A stretch of 64,000 bases of DNA from a virus. The stretch covers positions 12,475 to 76,474 of the IMG/VR virus record IMGVR_UViG_3300046028_006919, one strand, 5' to 3'. This document shows positions 28,918 through 38,748 of the stretch, in pieces. Each line of letters starts with the position of its first letter. Position 1 is the first letter of the stretch. The translations under genes were made by a program, and so were the position numbers. Below the pieces are notes generated by a model, which was given only the letters and a program-made list of their open reading frames with translations, was not told the DNA's origin and ran no database searches.

Positions 28918-29379
28918 TTATTCCCCAAAACTTTTTTTCAATATTTTTTTCATATCTCTATCTAAATCTTTTTCTTTTATAGCTATAGATTTGTCTCTCA
29001 CGTTTTTACCTTTGGCTAAACCCACAACAATTTTTATAAGACCTTTGTCGTTTAGAACTATATTCAACGGGATTATGGTAAGTCCCTTCTCACCAACTTT
29101 TTGTTGTAACCTTTCAATTTCAACTTTTTTAGCTAAAAGCTTTCTATCTCTATTGGTGTTGTGAACATAATTATTGATACCACCATTGTGTGGTGCCACA
29201 TACATTCCTTTTATAAACAACTCACCTTCTAAGATATAACAGTAAGCTTCACTAATCGATGTTCTAGAATCCTTTATTGGTCTTATTTCAGAGCCATGTA
29301 GTTGAACACCACACGATAATGTGTCTAATATTTGGTATTCGTAATAAGCTTTACGATTTGAAATTAAAATTTTATCCAT
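28918..29379 (-). CDS. smpB: SsrA-binding protein SmpB
   Basis: NRKAYYEY, GVQLHGSEI, RKLL and GLAKGK..RDK motifs. Confidence 0.93.
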   Translation of the reverse strand: MDKILISNRKAYYEYQILDTLSCGVQLHGSEIRPIKDSRTSISEAYCYILEGELFIKGMYVAPHNGGINNYVHNTNRDRKLLAKKVEIERLQQKVGEKGLTIIPLNIVLNDKGLIKIVVGLAKGKNVRDKSIAIKEKDLDRDMKKILKKSFGE

Positions 29380-29381
29380 GT

Positions 29382-30095
29382 CTAATTATTATTGTTAAGA
29401 ACTATTTTTCTGGCTAACGCTTCACCATTTTGAATTACCAGATACTCTTTACTAGTACCAAGGCAATCAATTGCTATGACGCTATTTGTCATATGCATTT
29501 CTCTAATTGTAGTATGACCAATCACATAGGTAAAGCCTTTTACCATATCTTTTAACAACGATGGTATTCTAACCCAAATTGGTGATTGGGTTATATCGTC
29601 ACCACTTCTGTCTAAGTTTTCACCATATTCAAATTTAAATGATTCCATACTTTCCATAAACTTTACGTTTACCGATTCTTCAATGTTGAATAAATCAATT
29701 TCGTTGTTTTCACACCATGTTTGAGTCAACCCAGCATGTGAGAAAATATACTCATCAAAAACATGACATATTTGTAAATGACCAGAAGTTAATGCTGGTT
29801 GCAACACTTCGTTTATATCCACAGCAGCATACTGCTGATAACCAGAATAAGTTTCACCACAACCCTTAAGATAATGAAAATCGTGGTTACCGATAATCAA
29901 TATCACTTTGTCTGGATTTTCTTTCTTAAATGTTAATATTTCTTTGAAGTTTTTAATTTGTGTTGACGCGTCTATGTCTTCTCTAGAGTCGAAGTAATCA
30001 CCCACAAAAATAAATTTGTCAAAGTCTTCTTCAACTTTGACAATTTTTTTCCATATATCACGACCATGTGTATCGCCTAGCGCAACAATTTTCAT
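29382..30095 (-). CDS. calcineurin-like metallophosphoesterase
   Basis: GDTHG, GDYFD, GNHD, SHAG and GHT motifs. Confidence 0.9.
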   Translation of the reverse strand: MKIVALGDTHGRDIWKKIVKVEEDFDKFIFVGDYFDSREDIDASTQIKNFKEILTFKKENPDKVILIIGNHDFHYLKGCGETYSGYQQYAAVDINEVLQPALTSGHLQICHVFDEYIFSHAGLTQTWCENNEIDLFNIEESVNVKFMESMESFKFEYGENLDRSGDDITQSPIWVRIPSLLKDMVKGFTYVIGHTTIREMHMTNSVIAIDCLGTSKEYLVIQNGEALARKIVLNNNN

Positions 30096-30158
30096 ACTTA
30101 GTAATTTTATACAAATATACTAAATAAAATAATAAAAAGCAAATTTTTTTAGTTTTTT

Positions 30159-30335
30159 TTATGCGTATGACCAGTTAGATGAATCGTTGTGGTCATCTAG
30201 TTCACCATCATTATGATTGTTATTATGATTGTGATGATTGTGATGATTTTCTTTAGGTTTACCACCAACAATGTTTTTAAATCTATTTCTGATTCGACTA
30301 GATTTTACAATTATATTTAAAAATTTCTTTTTCAT
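30159..30335 (-). CDS. 58-aa basic-leader, His/Asn-rich peptide (below cutoff)
   Basis: MKKKFLNIIVKSSRIRNRFKNIVGGKPKENHHNHHNHNNNHNDGELDDHNDSSNWSYA; starts 4 nt after the glycosyltransferase stop. Confidence 0.55.
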   Translation of the reverse strand: MKKKFLNIIVKSSRIRNRFKNIVGGKPKENHHNHHNHNNNHNDGELDDHNDSSNWSYA

Positions 30336-30339
30336 TTTG

Positions 30340-31368
30340 TTAATTTTTTAATTTTATTAACCACTGTAGTTTGGCTTTTATGTTATATATGTTCAAATTA
30401 AAACTTTGTAACCATGTAATAACTCCTCTATATTTATATGCTAATTTTAATTTTCTAACAATACCCTTGTGTGATGTAGGTGACACCTTCATAATCCATG
30501 GCATCCAACTTATATCATCAGAAGCAACTATTGGAACTTTAGCTGTTACAAAATCTGCTGTTACTATATTAAAAGATTCAGAAAAAGAAACTTGCATACC
30601 AATATCCATTTTAGATGCCGCTTCTAAAAATTCAGCATGTTTATACCATCTATGTTCAACTAACTCGTGTTTAGAATGTTCAAATAATGCTTGAATATTT
30701 CTTAACGCGTTGTCACCAGATTGTTCAGTTCTTGTTCCGTTGATATGAAATCTTAATGTTTTATCTATTTGTTCAGCAAACTCTATCGCAGCCATTGCTT
30801 GTTGATATGTATTTTTCATTGGTCTAATAGCACCAAAAGAACCAATATCAACAAAGTCTTTGCTTTTCACATGTTTTTCAGGTGTGAATGGTTTCGCTTT
30901 ATAAATGTTGGGTAAAAAAATAAACTTGCCTTCTGGAAAACAATAAGTTAATTGTTCTGTAAGTTCAGTTGTGTTAGGTGCTATCTCAATTTTTAACTCA
31001 TTGATAGATGCGTATTGTTTTATCCATCTAGTTGCAATACCTTCGTTGGCCAAAAATGGTGCTTTTGAATGTAGTCTAACTACCCATCTTCTATCCTTAT
31101 GTCTTTGGATTTGAAATAATTCTTTGAACTTTGCTGGTGGAACCCAAATAGCTTCAATTACAACCACATCTGGGTTAAATTCAGTCACGACTTTATCAAT
31201 AGAATTTGAGTCAGGCACTGGAGTTATTTTAGCCTCAAAATCGTTTTCATTTAGATAATTAACAACAAAACTGGCAGAATTAAATAAGCCAGAAGTAACA
31301 CCGTAATAATCTTTTACCTTGTCACATGTTATAAATTGAATACGTTTTTTTGGGGTGATTTCTTTCAT
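30340..31368 (-). CDS. GT-B fold glycosyltransferase
   Basis: FGAIRPMKN and SFSESFNIVTAD (E-x7-E-like) motifs. Confidence 0.75.
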   Translation of the reverse strand: MKEITPKKRIQFITCDKVKDYYGVTSGLFNSASFVVNYLNENDFEAKITPVPDSNSIDKVVTEFNPDVVVIEAIWVPPAKFKELFQIQRHKDRRWVVRLHSKAPFLANEGIATRWIKQYASINELKIEIAPNTTELTEQLTYCFPEGKFIFLPNIYKAKPFTPEKHVKSKDFVDIGSFGAIRPMKNTYQQAMAAIEFAEQIDKTLRFHINGTRTEQSGDNALRNIQALFEHSKHELVEHRWYKHAEFLEAASKMDIGMQVSFSESFNIVTADFVTAKVPIVASDDISWMPWIMKVSPTSHKGIVRKLKLAYKYRGVITWLQSFNLNIYNIKAKLQWLIKLKN

Positions 31369-31434
31369 CGAAGTTGTTTTATAATAAATATATAAAACAA
31401 CCTAGAAATAATATTTTTTTTATGTTAATTTTTG

Positions 31435-31553
31435 TGCCGAGGACTGGATTCGAACCAGCAATAGTACCATACTCACCAACTTTCGTTGACTTCAAGGATT
31501 CGAACCTCATCTCCCGTTTTCAGACGGGTGGTTTACCATTTCCCCACCTCGGC
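31435..31553 (-). ncRNA. chimeric tRNA-like RNA (Leu-type acceptor and D arm, two T-arms)
   Basis: GCCGAGG/CCTCGGC-A acceptor, TGGTAAA D-loop, CCCGT-CTGAAA-ACGGG hairpin, internal GAGG-TTCGAAT-CCTT and terminal GCTGG-TTCGAAT-CCAGT. Confidence 0.7.
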
Positions 31554-31723
31554 ATTTTGAGAGGAATAGACCCCTTCACCTCTCATTGATACACGTGTCA
31601 CCTAGCGTTTATCATGTCCACTCCAAGGCTGTATCTTCTGCCTTTCTAAGTATCTGTGCTGACTAACATTTCGTTTCTTAGAATATACCAAGCAAGTGGC
31701 AGAGCAGTTTATTAAACTGATTG

Positions 31724-31852
31724 TAGTCAGAACAGGATTCGAACCTGTAACTGTGGATTTCCAAGCAGGACCTCGCATGGGCTTTTTTCATTCCACACCC
31801 ACGATGAAGCTAGTACCTATCTTTTTGCGTCTACCAATTTCGCCACCTGACC
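31724..31852 (-). ncRNA. tRNA-shell RNA: Leu-type D arm, T arm and acceptor stem around an approximately 75-nt non-tRNA insert
   Basis: GGTCAGG-TG-GCGAAATTGGTAGACGC ... ACAGG-TTCGAAT-CCTGT-TCTGACT-A; no canonical anticodon arm. Confidence 0.75.
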
Positions 31853-32048
31853 TGAGAGGATTAGGTATGGCTCACCCCTCTATAACTGACGTCCTACCTT
31901 GACAGTCTTTGTTTTTGGTTAAGAATAGGGTTCACACCTAAAAAGAGACTCACGTTCTCGATAACCCTTAGATTACCACCACCTTTTGCGACTTGTTAAC
32001 CGATTTTGTTTTGCAAATATACTAACTTTTTAAATACAAAGCAAATTT

Positions 32049-32714
32049 TTAATTTTTTATTTCTACAACAATTGGTTTGTTTTGCACTTGGTAATTTAAG
32101 TTAAGTGTTGATGCGTTTACGAACACACCACCATCTGGGAACTCAAACTTACCGTAAGCTTCATGTATGTGACCACAAACGAATAATTTTAGGTTGGTCA
32201 TCTCAGCGGACTTCTCCAATAAATAAGGACAGCCAGTTGATACACCTCTAGCAGTCATATCCAAGAAACCTTTCATTGGACCGTGCGTAACCAAAACTTG
32301 TATATCTAACGGTATCATATCCCAATGTTTGCAAATATCAGTACCCATTCTGTTAAATGCCCAATCATAGAACCATGGGGTGACTCCACTACCATGAAAT
32401 TTTAACCCTTCAATTTCTACATTAGTATCATGTAAATAAATTATAGTTGGGTATTTTTCTTGTAACATTTCGTTAACAGCAAAAGTACTAACTTTTTCAA
32501 ACCAAAAATCATGATTACCTGGAATAAAAATTTTATATTTATAATTTAAAGAATTATACCAACCTAGGAAATCTTCTACTTCTCTTAAGCTACCCCTTCC
32601 AGATATATCACCAGCGTGTATTATCATATCAATAGAACCGTCTTTATTATCTAACCAATCTGGTGGTATATGAGAATGTTGATTATGCGTGTCAGAAATT
32701 AAAATTATCTTCAT
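32049..32714 (-). CDS. metallophosphoesterase (MPPED/239FB-like)
   Basis: SDTH, HAGD, GNHD, THGP and GHIHE motifs. Confidence 0.9.
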   Translation of the reverse strand: MKIILISDTHNQHSHIPPDWLDNKDGSIDMIIHAGDISGRGSLREVEDFLGWYNSLNYKYKIFIPGNHDFWFEKVSTFAVNEMLQEKYPTIIYLHDTNVEIEGLKFHGSGVTPWFYDWAFNRMGTDICKHWDMIPLDIQVLVTHGPMKGFLDMTARGVSTGCPYLLEKSAEMTNLKLFVCGHIHEAYGKFEFPDGGVFVNASTLNLNYQVQNKPIVVEIKN

Positions 32715-32740
32715 TTTTATATTATTTTTATTATTTTATA

Positions 32741-33529
32741 TTAAAACCCACCATAATTACTAGTTACTAATTTTTCAACAGCTTTCTCAACAGCTCTATC
32801 ATACCATAAGTCGTAACGGTCCATGATATATTCGTAAATAGAAGGTGATTGACTGCCAAATATGGATTCTATCTTGGGTCTATTCAATTCACCATGACCT
32901 ATCCATGTAACTTTCCAGTTTCTAGGACCCAACGTAACAATTAATTGACTTAGCAAATCATCTATTTTTTCATCAATTATAGTATCTTTATACCATTTTA
33001 GTAAATATTCTCTAACAAATTCTTGCTGTTTAAACCCTTCAAATTTCATTTGTGTTTCAAAATCTGAAATTGTTTTATCGTAAGTAAGTTTGTTTGAGTC
33101 TAAATTTTTAAGATACTCAACATGTTTTTTTAGTTTTGGTAATATAATCCTTTCATTGTAGTACTCAGAGGCATATTCTAACATAAAACCTTTATTATAA
33201 GTAAAATTGTCAGAATATTTTTTTAACATTTTTTCTGAAATGTATTCAAAACCCTTGCTTAAATCCACACTTTTGACAAAGGAATGTAAGTCTTTAACCA
33301 AAAATCCTTTTTGTTCTGTAACCCATTTCCTTACAATCTCTATAGCGTTATTATCGCCTTTGCCAAAATCACCTAAAATAACAACCATTTGAGAGTAAAA
33401 CGACTCCATGCTAAGCATATTATGGTCAATTTTGTCATAGATTAGAAATTTATCAGATAACTGAACAGTGTAGTTTCTGTTAACAAAATTTAAAATGATT
33501 TTTTTATCTGTCATAACTTTAATTTTCAT
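32741..33529 (-). CDS. hypothetical protein
   Basis: 262-aa ORF. Confidence 0.7.
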   Translation of the reverse strand: MKIKVMTDKKIILNFVNRNYTVQLSDKFLIYDKIDHNMLSMESFYSQMVVILGDFGKGDNNAIEIVRKWVTEQKGFLVKDLHSFVKSVDLSKGFEYISEKMLKKYSDNFTYNKGFMLEYASEYYNERIILPKLKKHVEYLKNLDSNKLTYDKTISDFETQMKFEGFKQQEFVREYLLKWYKDTIIDEKIDDLLSQLIVTLGPRNWKVTWIGHGELNRPKIESIFGSQSPSIYEYIMDRYDLWYDRAVEKAVEKLVTSNYGGF

Positions 33530-33562
33530 ATAATATAACGTTTTTATACGTTAAAATAAATA

Positions 33563-35563
33563 CTAAAGATTAATCAAAGATAAATTTATGTTCTTTTTTT
33601 CTATATCAACACTTGAAACAATCACATGAACCATATCACCAAGTCTAATTTTATGACCTGTGTTGTAACCTTTTATACAATGATTGTTGGTATCTGCTTG
33701 ATATGTGTCACCGTTGATATCCGATAGTTTTATGAAACCATCACATTTGTTCTCCAGTATTTCAACAAACAAACCATAATCGGTTACAGAACTAACAATA
33801 CCTTGAAACACTTTGCCAATATTATCACTCATATAAACACACTGCATGTATTTGATTGAATCTCTTTCAGCTTTAGCAGATTTAACCTCACGCTCAGACA
33901 AGTGTTGACATCTGCTTTCAAGTTTCTCAATCTTAGGTAGCGTTGGTTTATTCTCCAAGTACAACCCTAACAATCTGTGTGTTATAACGTCTGGATAACG
34001 TCTAATAGGACTGGTAAAATGGCTGTAGTCTTTGAACCCAAGACCATAGTGACCAATGTTTTTGGTTGAATAGTTTGCTTTCTGCATTGTTCTCACAACC
34101 AGATTGTTAATCATATCTTCCTCGGCAGTACCTCTTACGTCCGATAACAATTGGTTAAGTGTTCTGGTTGTTTCCTCTGGCGTATCAATACGAATTTCAT
34201 ATCCAAATTGTGATATAAAGTCTTTAAGGTTAGCCAACTTCTCGTCGTTAGGTTTGTCATGCGCTCTGTTTACGTTAGGCAACCCTCGGCTGTTGATGTA
34301 TTGAGCAACGTGTCTGTTAGCCAACAACATAAACTCTTCGATAAGTTTATTTGAATCCTTCGCAACCTTGAAGTGAATACCAACTGGTTTGTTGCTTTCA
34401 TCCAACTTGAACTTAACCTCTTGTTTATCAAACGAAATGGAACCTCTTTTGGAACGTTCTTTACGCATCATCTTAGCATATCTATCCAAAGCTTTGATTG
34501 ATTCAGCTAACGCATTAGCTTCAAACCATTTTGATTCATCTGTTAGTTTTTCTTTCAAACCACATTTATCAATTACTTCTTCGTTACATAAATCATCTTT
34601 TTTGCAACTCGCAGCTTCAATAATAGCTTGAGCTTCTTCATAACTAAATCTATGGTTAGAGTTTATAACAGTTTTACCAAACCATTCATCAACTACCTTA
34701 CCTTGTTTATTTATTCTAAAGATTGCTGAGAAACATAGCTTGTCCTCATTAGGTCTCAACGAACACAATCCGTTAGACAAGTTCTCTGGCAGCATCGGAA
34801 CGCATCTGTCAACTAGATACACACTGGTACCTCTGGCAAACGCTTCTTTGTCTAACTCTGTTTCAGGTCTTAAGTAGTGTGATACGTCAGCAATATGAAT
34901 ACCAACAAACAACTCACCGTCAACCCATTCAACACTCAACGCATCATCAAAGTCTTTGGCGTCCGCTGGGTCAATGGTAAACGTAAGAACATCACGCATA
35001 TCTCTACGCTTATCGATTTCAGCTTGTGTTATCTCTGTTGGGATAGCTCTAGCTTCTGCCAACACATCTTCTTCAAAGTCGTATGGTAAACCATACTCTT
35101 CTAGAATACTGTGTATTTCAGTTTCATGTTCACCAGCATCACCTAACACTCGAATGACTTCTCCGTTAGGGTTTTTAGCATCATCTTTCCATTCAGTTAA
35201 TCTAACCACAACCTTTTGTCCATCTAAACCTCCATTACGCGCGCTCAACGGAATAAAAAAGTCAATTGATAGTTTGTTACTATCTGGAATAAAAAACGCA
35301 AATTTAGGGCTTATTTGAAGCGTACCTACGAATTCTGTTCTGAACCGTTCAACAATTTCAATTACCTCACCTTCCATTGCGCGACCAACACCTTCTTTTA
35401 TGCGTATTTTAACTTTATCCAAGTGCAAACCCTTATTGGTGTTAGACTTGTGAATGTATATGTCTTTTGGTAGGTTTGGGTCCGTCAAGTATGCTGAACC
35501 ACTAGCGTTAACGCTTATTCTACCTTCTAATATATCATTAATTTTTATTTTTTCTTCTTTCAT
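33563..35563 (-). CDS. rnr: ribonuclease R
   Basis: TIDPADAKDFDDALS, HIADVS, RGTSVY, HFTSPIRRYPD and C-terminal S1 domain. Confidence 0.95.
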   Translation of the reverse strand: MKEEKIKINDILEGRISVNASGSAYLTDPNLPKDIYIHKSNTNKGLHLDKVKIRIKEGVGRAMEGEVIEIVERFRTEFVGTLQISPKFAFFIPDSNKLSIDFFIPLSARNGGLDGQKVVVRLTEWKDDAKNPNGEVIRVLGDAGEHETEIHSILEEYGLPYDFEEDVLAEARAIPTEITQAEIDKRRDMRDVLTFTIDPADAKDFDDALSVEWVDGELFVGIHIADVSHYLRPETELDKEAFARGTSVYLVDRCVPMLPENLSNGLCSLRPNEDKLCFSAIFRINKQGKVVDEWFGKTVINSNHRFSYEEAQAIIEAASCKKDDLCNEEVIDKCGLKEKLTDESKWFEANALAESIKALDRYAKMMRKERSKRGSISFDKQEVKFKLDESNKPVGIHFKVAKDSNKLIEEFMLLANRHVAQYINSRGLPNVNRAHDKPNDEKLANLKDFISQFGYEIRIDTPEETTRTLNQLLSDVRGTAEEDMINNLVVRTMQKANYSTKNIGHYGLGFKDYSHFTSPIRRYPDVITHRLLGLYLENKPTLPKIEKLESRCQHLSEREVKSAKAERDSIKYMQCVYMSDNIGKVFQGIVSSVTDYGLFVEILENKCDGFIKLSDINGDTYQADTNNHCIKGYNTGHKIRLGDMVHVIVSSVDIEKKNINLSLINL

Positions 35564-35632
35564 ATTGCAAAAATACTATTTTTTTATTTCAAATACAATA
35601 AAAAAACCCACTATTTTACTGTGGGTTGTTTA

Positions 35633-36154
35633 TCAGTGCCTTGTAGAAGGCACAACATTTATGTTAAATTTGTTAAGTCTACCAGACTCAACTTGTTCAT
35701 CACCCCAAGCTTGGAATATAGGTATGTGTTCTTCCCTATCATCCCATAACTCCACTTCTTTGATTGAAGGGTGCTGTGATAGAATTTGGTCAAATGTTTT
35801 CTTTTTAGCTGAATCTGTGCTACCACCTCTATTGAAATGATATTCGTGAAATCTAAGACCATGTCTGTTAAGAATATCTTTGACAAAATCAGTTAATTTA
35901 ACCATTCTACCAGTAACCATAACAACCATAGTATCTGGGTTAGCGACTTCTTTCTTGTAATCGCTGATTACGTTTGGGATTGTTGGCATGTCAAACACGC
36001 TCATATCAAGGCTCATTGGTTGTCCCCACCATCCAGCGTGTGGCCAATCCTTGCCAGTTTTTTCTTTATATGTTTTTTTACCCTCTTCTGGTAGTGGAGT
36101 TGATATTAAAGTACCATCAAAGTCCCAGATAGTCAATTTTGTAAAATTTTTCAT
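35633..36154 (-). CDS. HAD phosphatase (Swiss Army Knife RNA-repair-like)
   Basis: WDFDGTL, VTGR and WDDREEH motifs. Confidence 0.8.
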   Translation of the reverse strand: MKNFTKLTIWDFDGTLISTPLPEEGKKTYKEKTGKDWPHAGWWGQPMSLDMSVFDMPTIPNVISDYKKEVANPDTMVVMVTGRMVKLTDFVKDILNRHGLRFHEYHFNRGGSTDSAKKKTFDQILSQHPSIKEVELWDDREEHIPIFQAWGDEQVESGRLNKFNINVVPSTRH

Positions 36155-36158
36155 AATT

Positions 36159-37001
36159 TTAATTTTCTGTTTCTAGACGTTTTATAACGTCTTTAATGTT
36201 AATAAATGATATGATGATATATGGTAATATTGAAACTGAAGCAACAAAATCAAATAGATATCTATATGTTGAGAACACACTACCAACACTAACAGTGTTG
36301 AATACAACATAATAAGTTAACAAAGCTGTTACAGTTCCATATGCTATGAATTGAATCAAAAAGATAAACTTAGCATCTAAGTTGGATAACTTTATTGATA
36401 GCAATTGTTTTCTTTTTAACAAGTTATTAACCAAAGAAATCTTCCTATGATTGATTATTTCTGTTTGTTCTTCAGATATATCATTTGAATCTTTGGTAAT
36501 TGCAGCAATTTTAGGTGAGAAATAATAACTCACAATTAAAGTTAATATAGCACTAAAAATTAAATATGGTACCAATGTAACATCTACTAACGATATAAAA
36601 TATATTGAACCTAATAAACCGAAAGCGGCATTTAATATGAGAATCATATCAGTTTCAAAAAATCTAACAACACTACTCATCAAAGTTAACCTTCCATTTA
36701 TTTTTGTTGTTTCAACATTGTTGTCAAACTGGTTGCTAGTTTCAATAGAAGCAAATCTTCTGTAAATCTTAGAAAAAACAATAGTATCATAAACTCTACT
36801 TATGTAATTAAAAACCATCATCCCAAAAAAAGTTAACAACAGATAAAAAATAAAAGAATAATCTTTAGCGATTAAATGGTCAATAGATTCACCCAACACT
36901 TTTGGGTATATTAACATAAAGATAGATTGCATTGAAAAAAGGAAATATGAAAATAAAATTGATTTCCAATTTTCTTTAAAAATAGTTTTTAATTTTAACA
37001 T
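36159..37001 (-). CDS. stand-alone ABC transporter six-TM domain protein
   Basis: six hydrophobic segments; YPKVLG..ID, RVYDTIVFSKIY; no NBD. Confidence 0.7.
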   Translation of the reverse strand: MLKLKTIFKENWKSILFSYFLFSMQSIFMLIYPKVLGESIDHLIAKDYSFIFYLLLTFFGMMVFNYISRVYDTIVFSKIYRRFASIETSNQFDNNVETTKINGRLTLMSSVVRFFETDMILILNAAFGLLGSIYFISLVDVTLVPYLIFSAILTLIVSYYFSPKIAAITKDSNDISEEQTEIINHRKISLVNNLLKRKQLLSIKLSNLDAKFIFLIQFIAYGTVTALLTYYVVFNTVSVGSVFSTYRYLFDFVASVSILPYIIISFINIKDVIKRLETEN

Positions 37002-37022
37002 TATTATTTTGAAGTTTTGTGA

Positions 37023-37409
37023 TTAAAAAATGAAACCAATTACAATAGAAACAAAAACAGCGACACATAATAAAGTGAAAGTACCTTTGTCAATTTTTAT
37101 AAATTTACTTTCATTATTTTCATCGTTTAACAATGAACCGTATATTCTTTTTGTTGCTGAACCTATTAATTCTTTGGTTATTGGTCCGTGTGCGTGTATT
37201 GTTTGTTTAATAGCACCACTTATTCTTTTAGATTCTAGCACTTTATCTTTTTTCAACTTTTGAATAGTTGCTAAGTTAGCTTTTTCGTAATCTTCAACTA
37301 TTGTCATCAACGTTTCAACGTCTTTGTCAGTTAGTTTGTTTTTTGGAAAATTATTAATTAATTTATTTCTTAATTTTCCGTTTCTAGTTTTTAAAATATT
37401 AAATTTCAT
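37023..37409 (-). CDS. C-terminally anchored hypothetical protein
   Basis: 128 aa, C-terminal TM. Confidence 0.6.
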   Translation of the reverse strand: MKFNILKTRNGKLRNKLINNFPKNKLTDKDVETLMTIVEDYEKANLATIQKLKKDKVLESKRISGAIKQTIHAHGPITKELIGSATKRIYGSLLNDENNESKFIKIDKGTFTLLCVAVFVSIVIGFIF

Positions 37410-37542
37410 TTATTAAACAGTGCAAAAATACATCTTATTTTTGAGTTATACAACTCTTTTAATAAATATTTTCATTATTCCAAAAGTTGTCTGACTTGAC
37501 TTTCATAGCCCATTATACTAACGGAAAACTAAAATGTAAAGA

Positions 37543-38049
37543 TTATTTCTTTGCTTTGGGTTTCAAAGTACATTGAAGTCTTTTCCCTTCAAGTTTTGGA
37601 ATTGATTCAGCTGAACCATGTTCTTCAACGCTAATAATTAAATTTAACATCACTTCTTGTCCTTTGTCAACAAAAGCCATTTGACGACCTCTAAATTGCA
37701 TAGTCAACTTGACTTTGTGGCCTTTTCCCAAAAATTCAATTATGTGTTTGGTTCTATAAGACAAATCATTTTCAGATGTGTTTGGACCCAATTTGATTTC
37801 TTTTATGTCTAAGGATTTATGCTTAGGTGTTTTGCTTTGTTGATAAATGAATTTTTCATAATCCATTATTTTACAAACTGGGGGTTGAGCGTTTTCGTTT
37901 ATGAGGACAAGGTCTAACTCTTGTTCATCAGCCAACTGTTGAGCTTCTTTTAAAGATAAAACACCATATTCACCAACCCTTACAGTTGGGTGGTTTATTT
38001 CAATATTAGTTTTATGTTGTTTTTCTTTTTGTTTGACTTTTTTGTTCAT
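37543..38049 (-). CDS. infC: translation initiation factor IF-3
   Basis: LDLVLI...PPVCKIMDYEKFIY, IKEIKL and KVKLTMQFRGR motifs. Confidence 0.93.
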   Translation of the reverse strand: MNKKVKQKEKQHKTNIEINHPTVRVGEYGVLSLKEAQQLADEQELDLVLINENAQPPVCKIMDYEKFIYQQSKTPKHKSLDIKEIKLGPNTSENDLSYRTKHIIEFLGKGHKVKLTMQFRGRQMAFVDKGQEVMLNLIISVEEHGSAESIPKLEGKRLQCTLKPKAKK

Positions 38050-38520
38050 TTACATGTGGTTTTTCATAAATTCTATTAATTCATCCATGGAATCAAATTG
38101 GTTGATACCATAGAACTCACACGTTACGTCAATGTTACCTTTCTTCCAGAAACCATCTGGACAAACTACCATTACTTTTTGTTCTTTGGCGTGTAAACCC
38201 AACTCAAGCATACTTATCGGAGATAATGTTTTAGGGTCAAATACCATAACTATAATATGTGACATTTCCATTGAATTTAACTCCCATTGGACTTGTTCTA
38301 AAAATTTAGGGTCATCCATTGTTTGACCCCAAGATGAATCCCAATCATCTCTTCTTGGGTTAAGAAATCTGATATTTTTATCAGATAATGCGGCAATAAA
38401 TTCTTTTTGCCATTCAATAGCTTTCCCCATTTCAATACTACCAGCCAAGAATATGTTGATGTATTCTTGGTCTATGGTAACTTCATTGGGTGCTTGTACT
38501 TCAATTGCTTTTTGTTGCAT
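38050..38520 (-). CDS. nucleoside 2-deoxyribosyltransferase-like protein
   Basis: IFLAGSI, NPRR, QVQWE and SPISMLELG motifs. Confidence 0.85.
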   Translation of the reverse strand: MQQKAIEVQAPNEVTIDQEYINIFLAGSIEMGKAIEWQKEFIAALSDKNIRFLNPRRDDWDSSWGQTMDDPKFLEQVQWELNSMEMSHIIVMVFDPKTLSPISMLELGLHAKEQKVMVVCPDGFWKKGNIDVTCEFYGINQFDSMDELIEFMKNHM

Positions 38521-38529
38521 AAAATTTTT

Positions 38530-38748
38530 TTAATTTAAACTAATGTTGTAGTCATCAAACCCTTCTATATCAATATCGTCATCATTATCATCTTTGTTAT
38601 CATTTTCACCTATAACATTGGTTATAACAATGGTTTCAATCACATCGTGTAATTCATCCAATACTGATACTTCAATTGAGCCCGTTTCATTATCGTATTC
38701 TATTGTTACGATATATTCACCCAAATCAACGGTTTTTTTGATTGACAT
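38530..38748 (-). CDS. small acidic protein
   Basis: 72-aa ORF. Confidence 0.55.
   Translation of the reverse strand: MSIKKTVDLGEYIVTIEYDNETGSIEVSVLDELHDVIETIVITNVIGENDNKDDNDDDIDIEGFDDYNISLN

Noticed and set aside
28918-32003. tmRNA expected near smpB
   Set aside because: None of the tRNA-like elements has the G3-U70 alanine acceptor or a tag reading frame, and they are too short. ssrA may lie outside the window.
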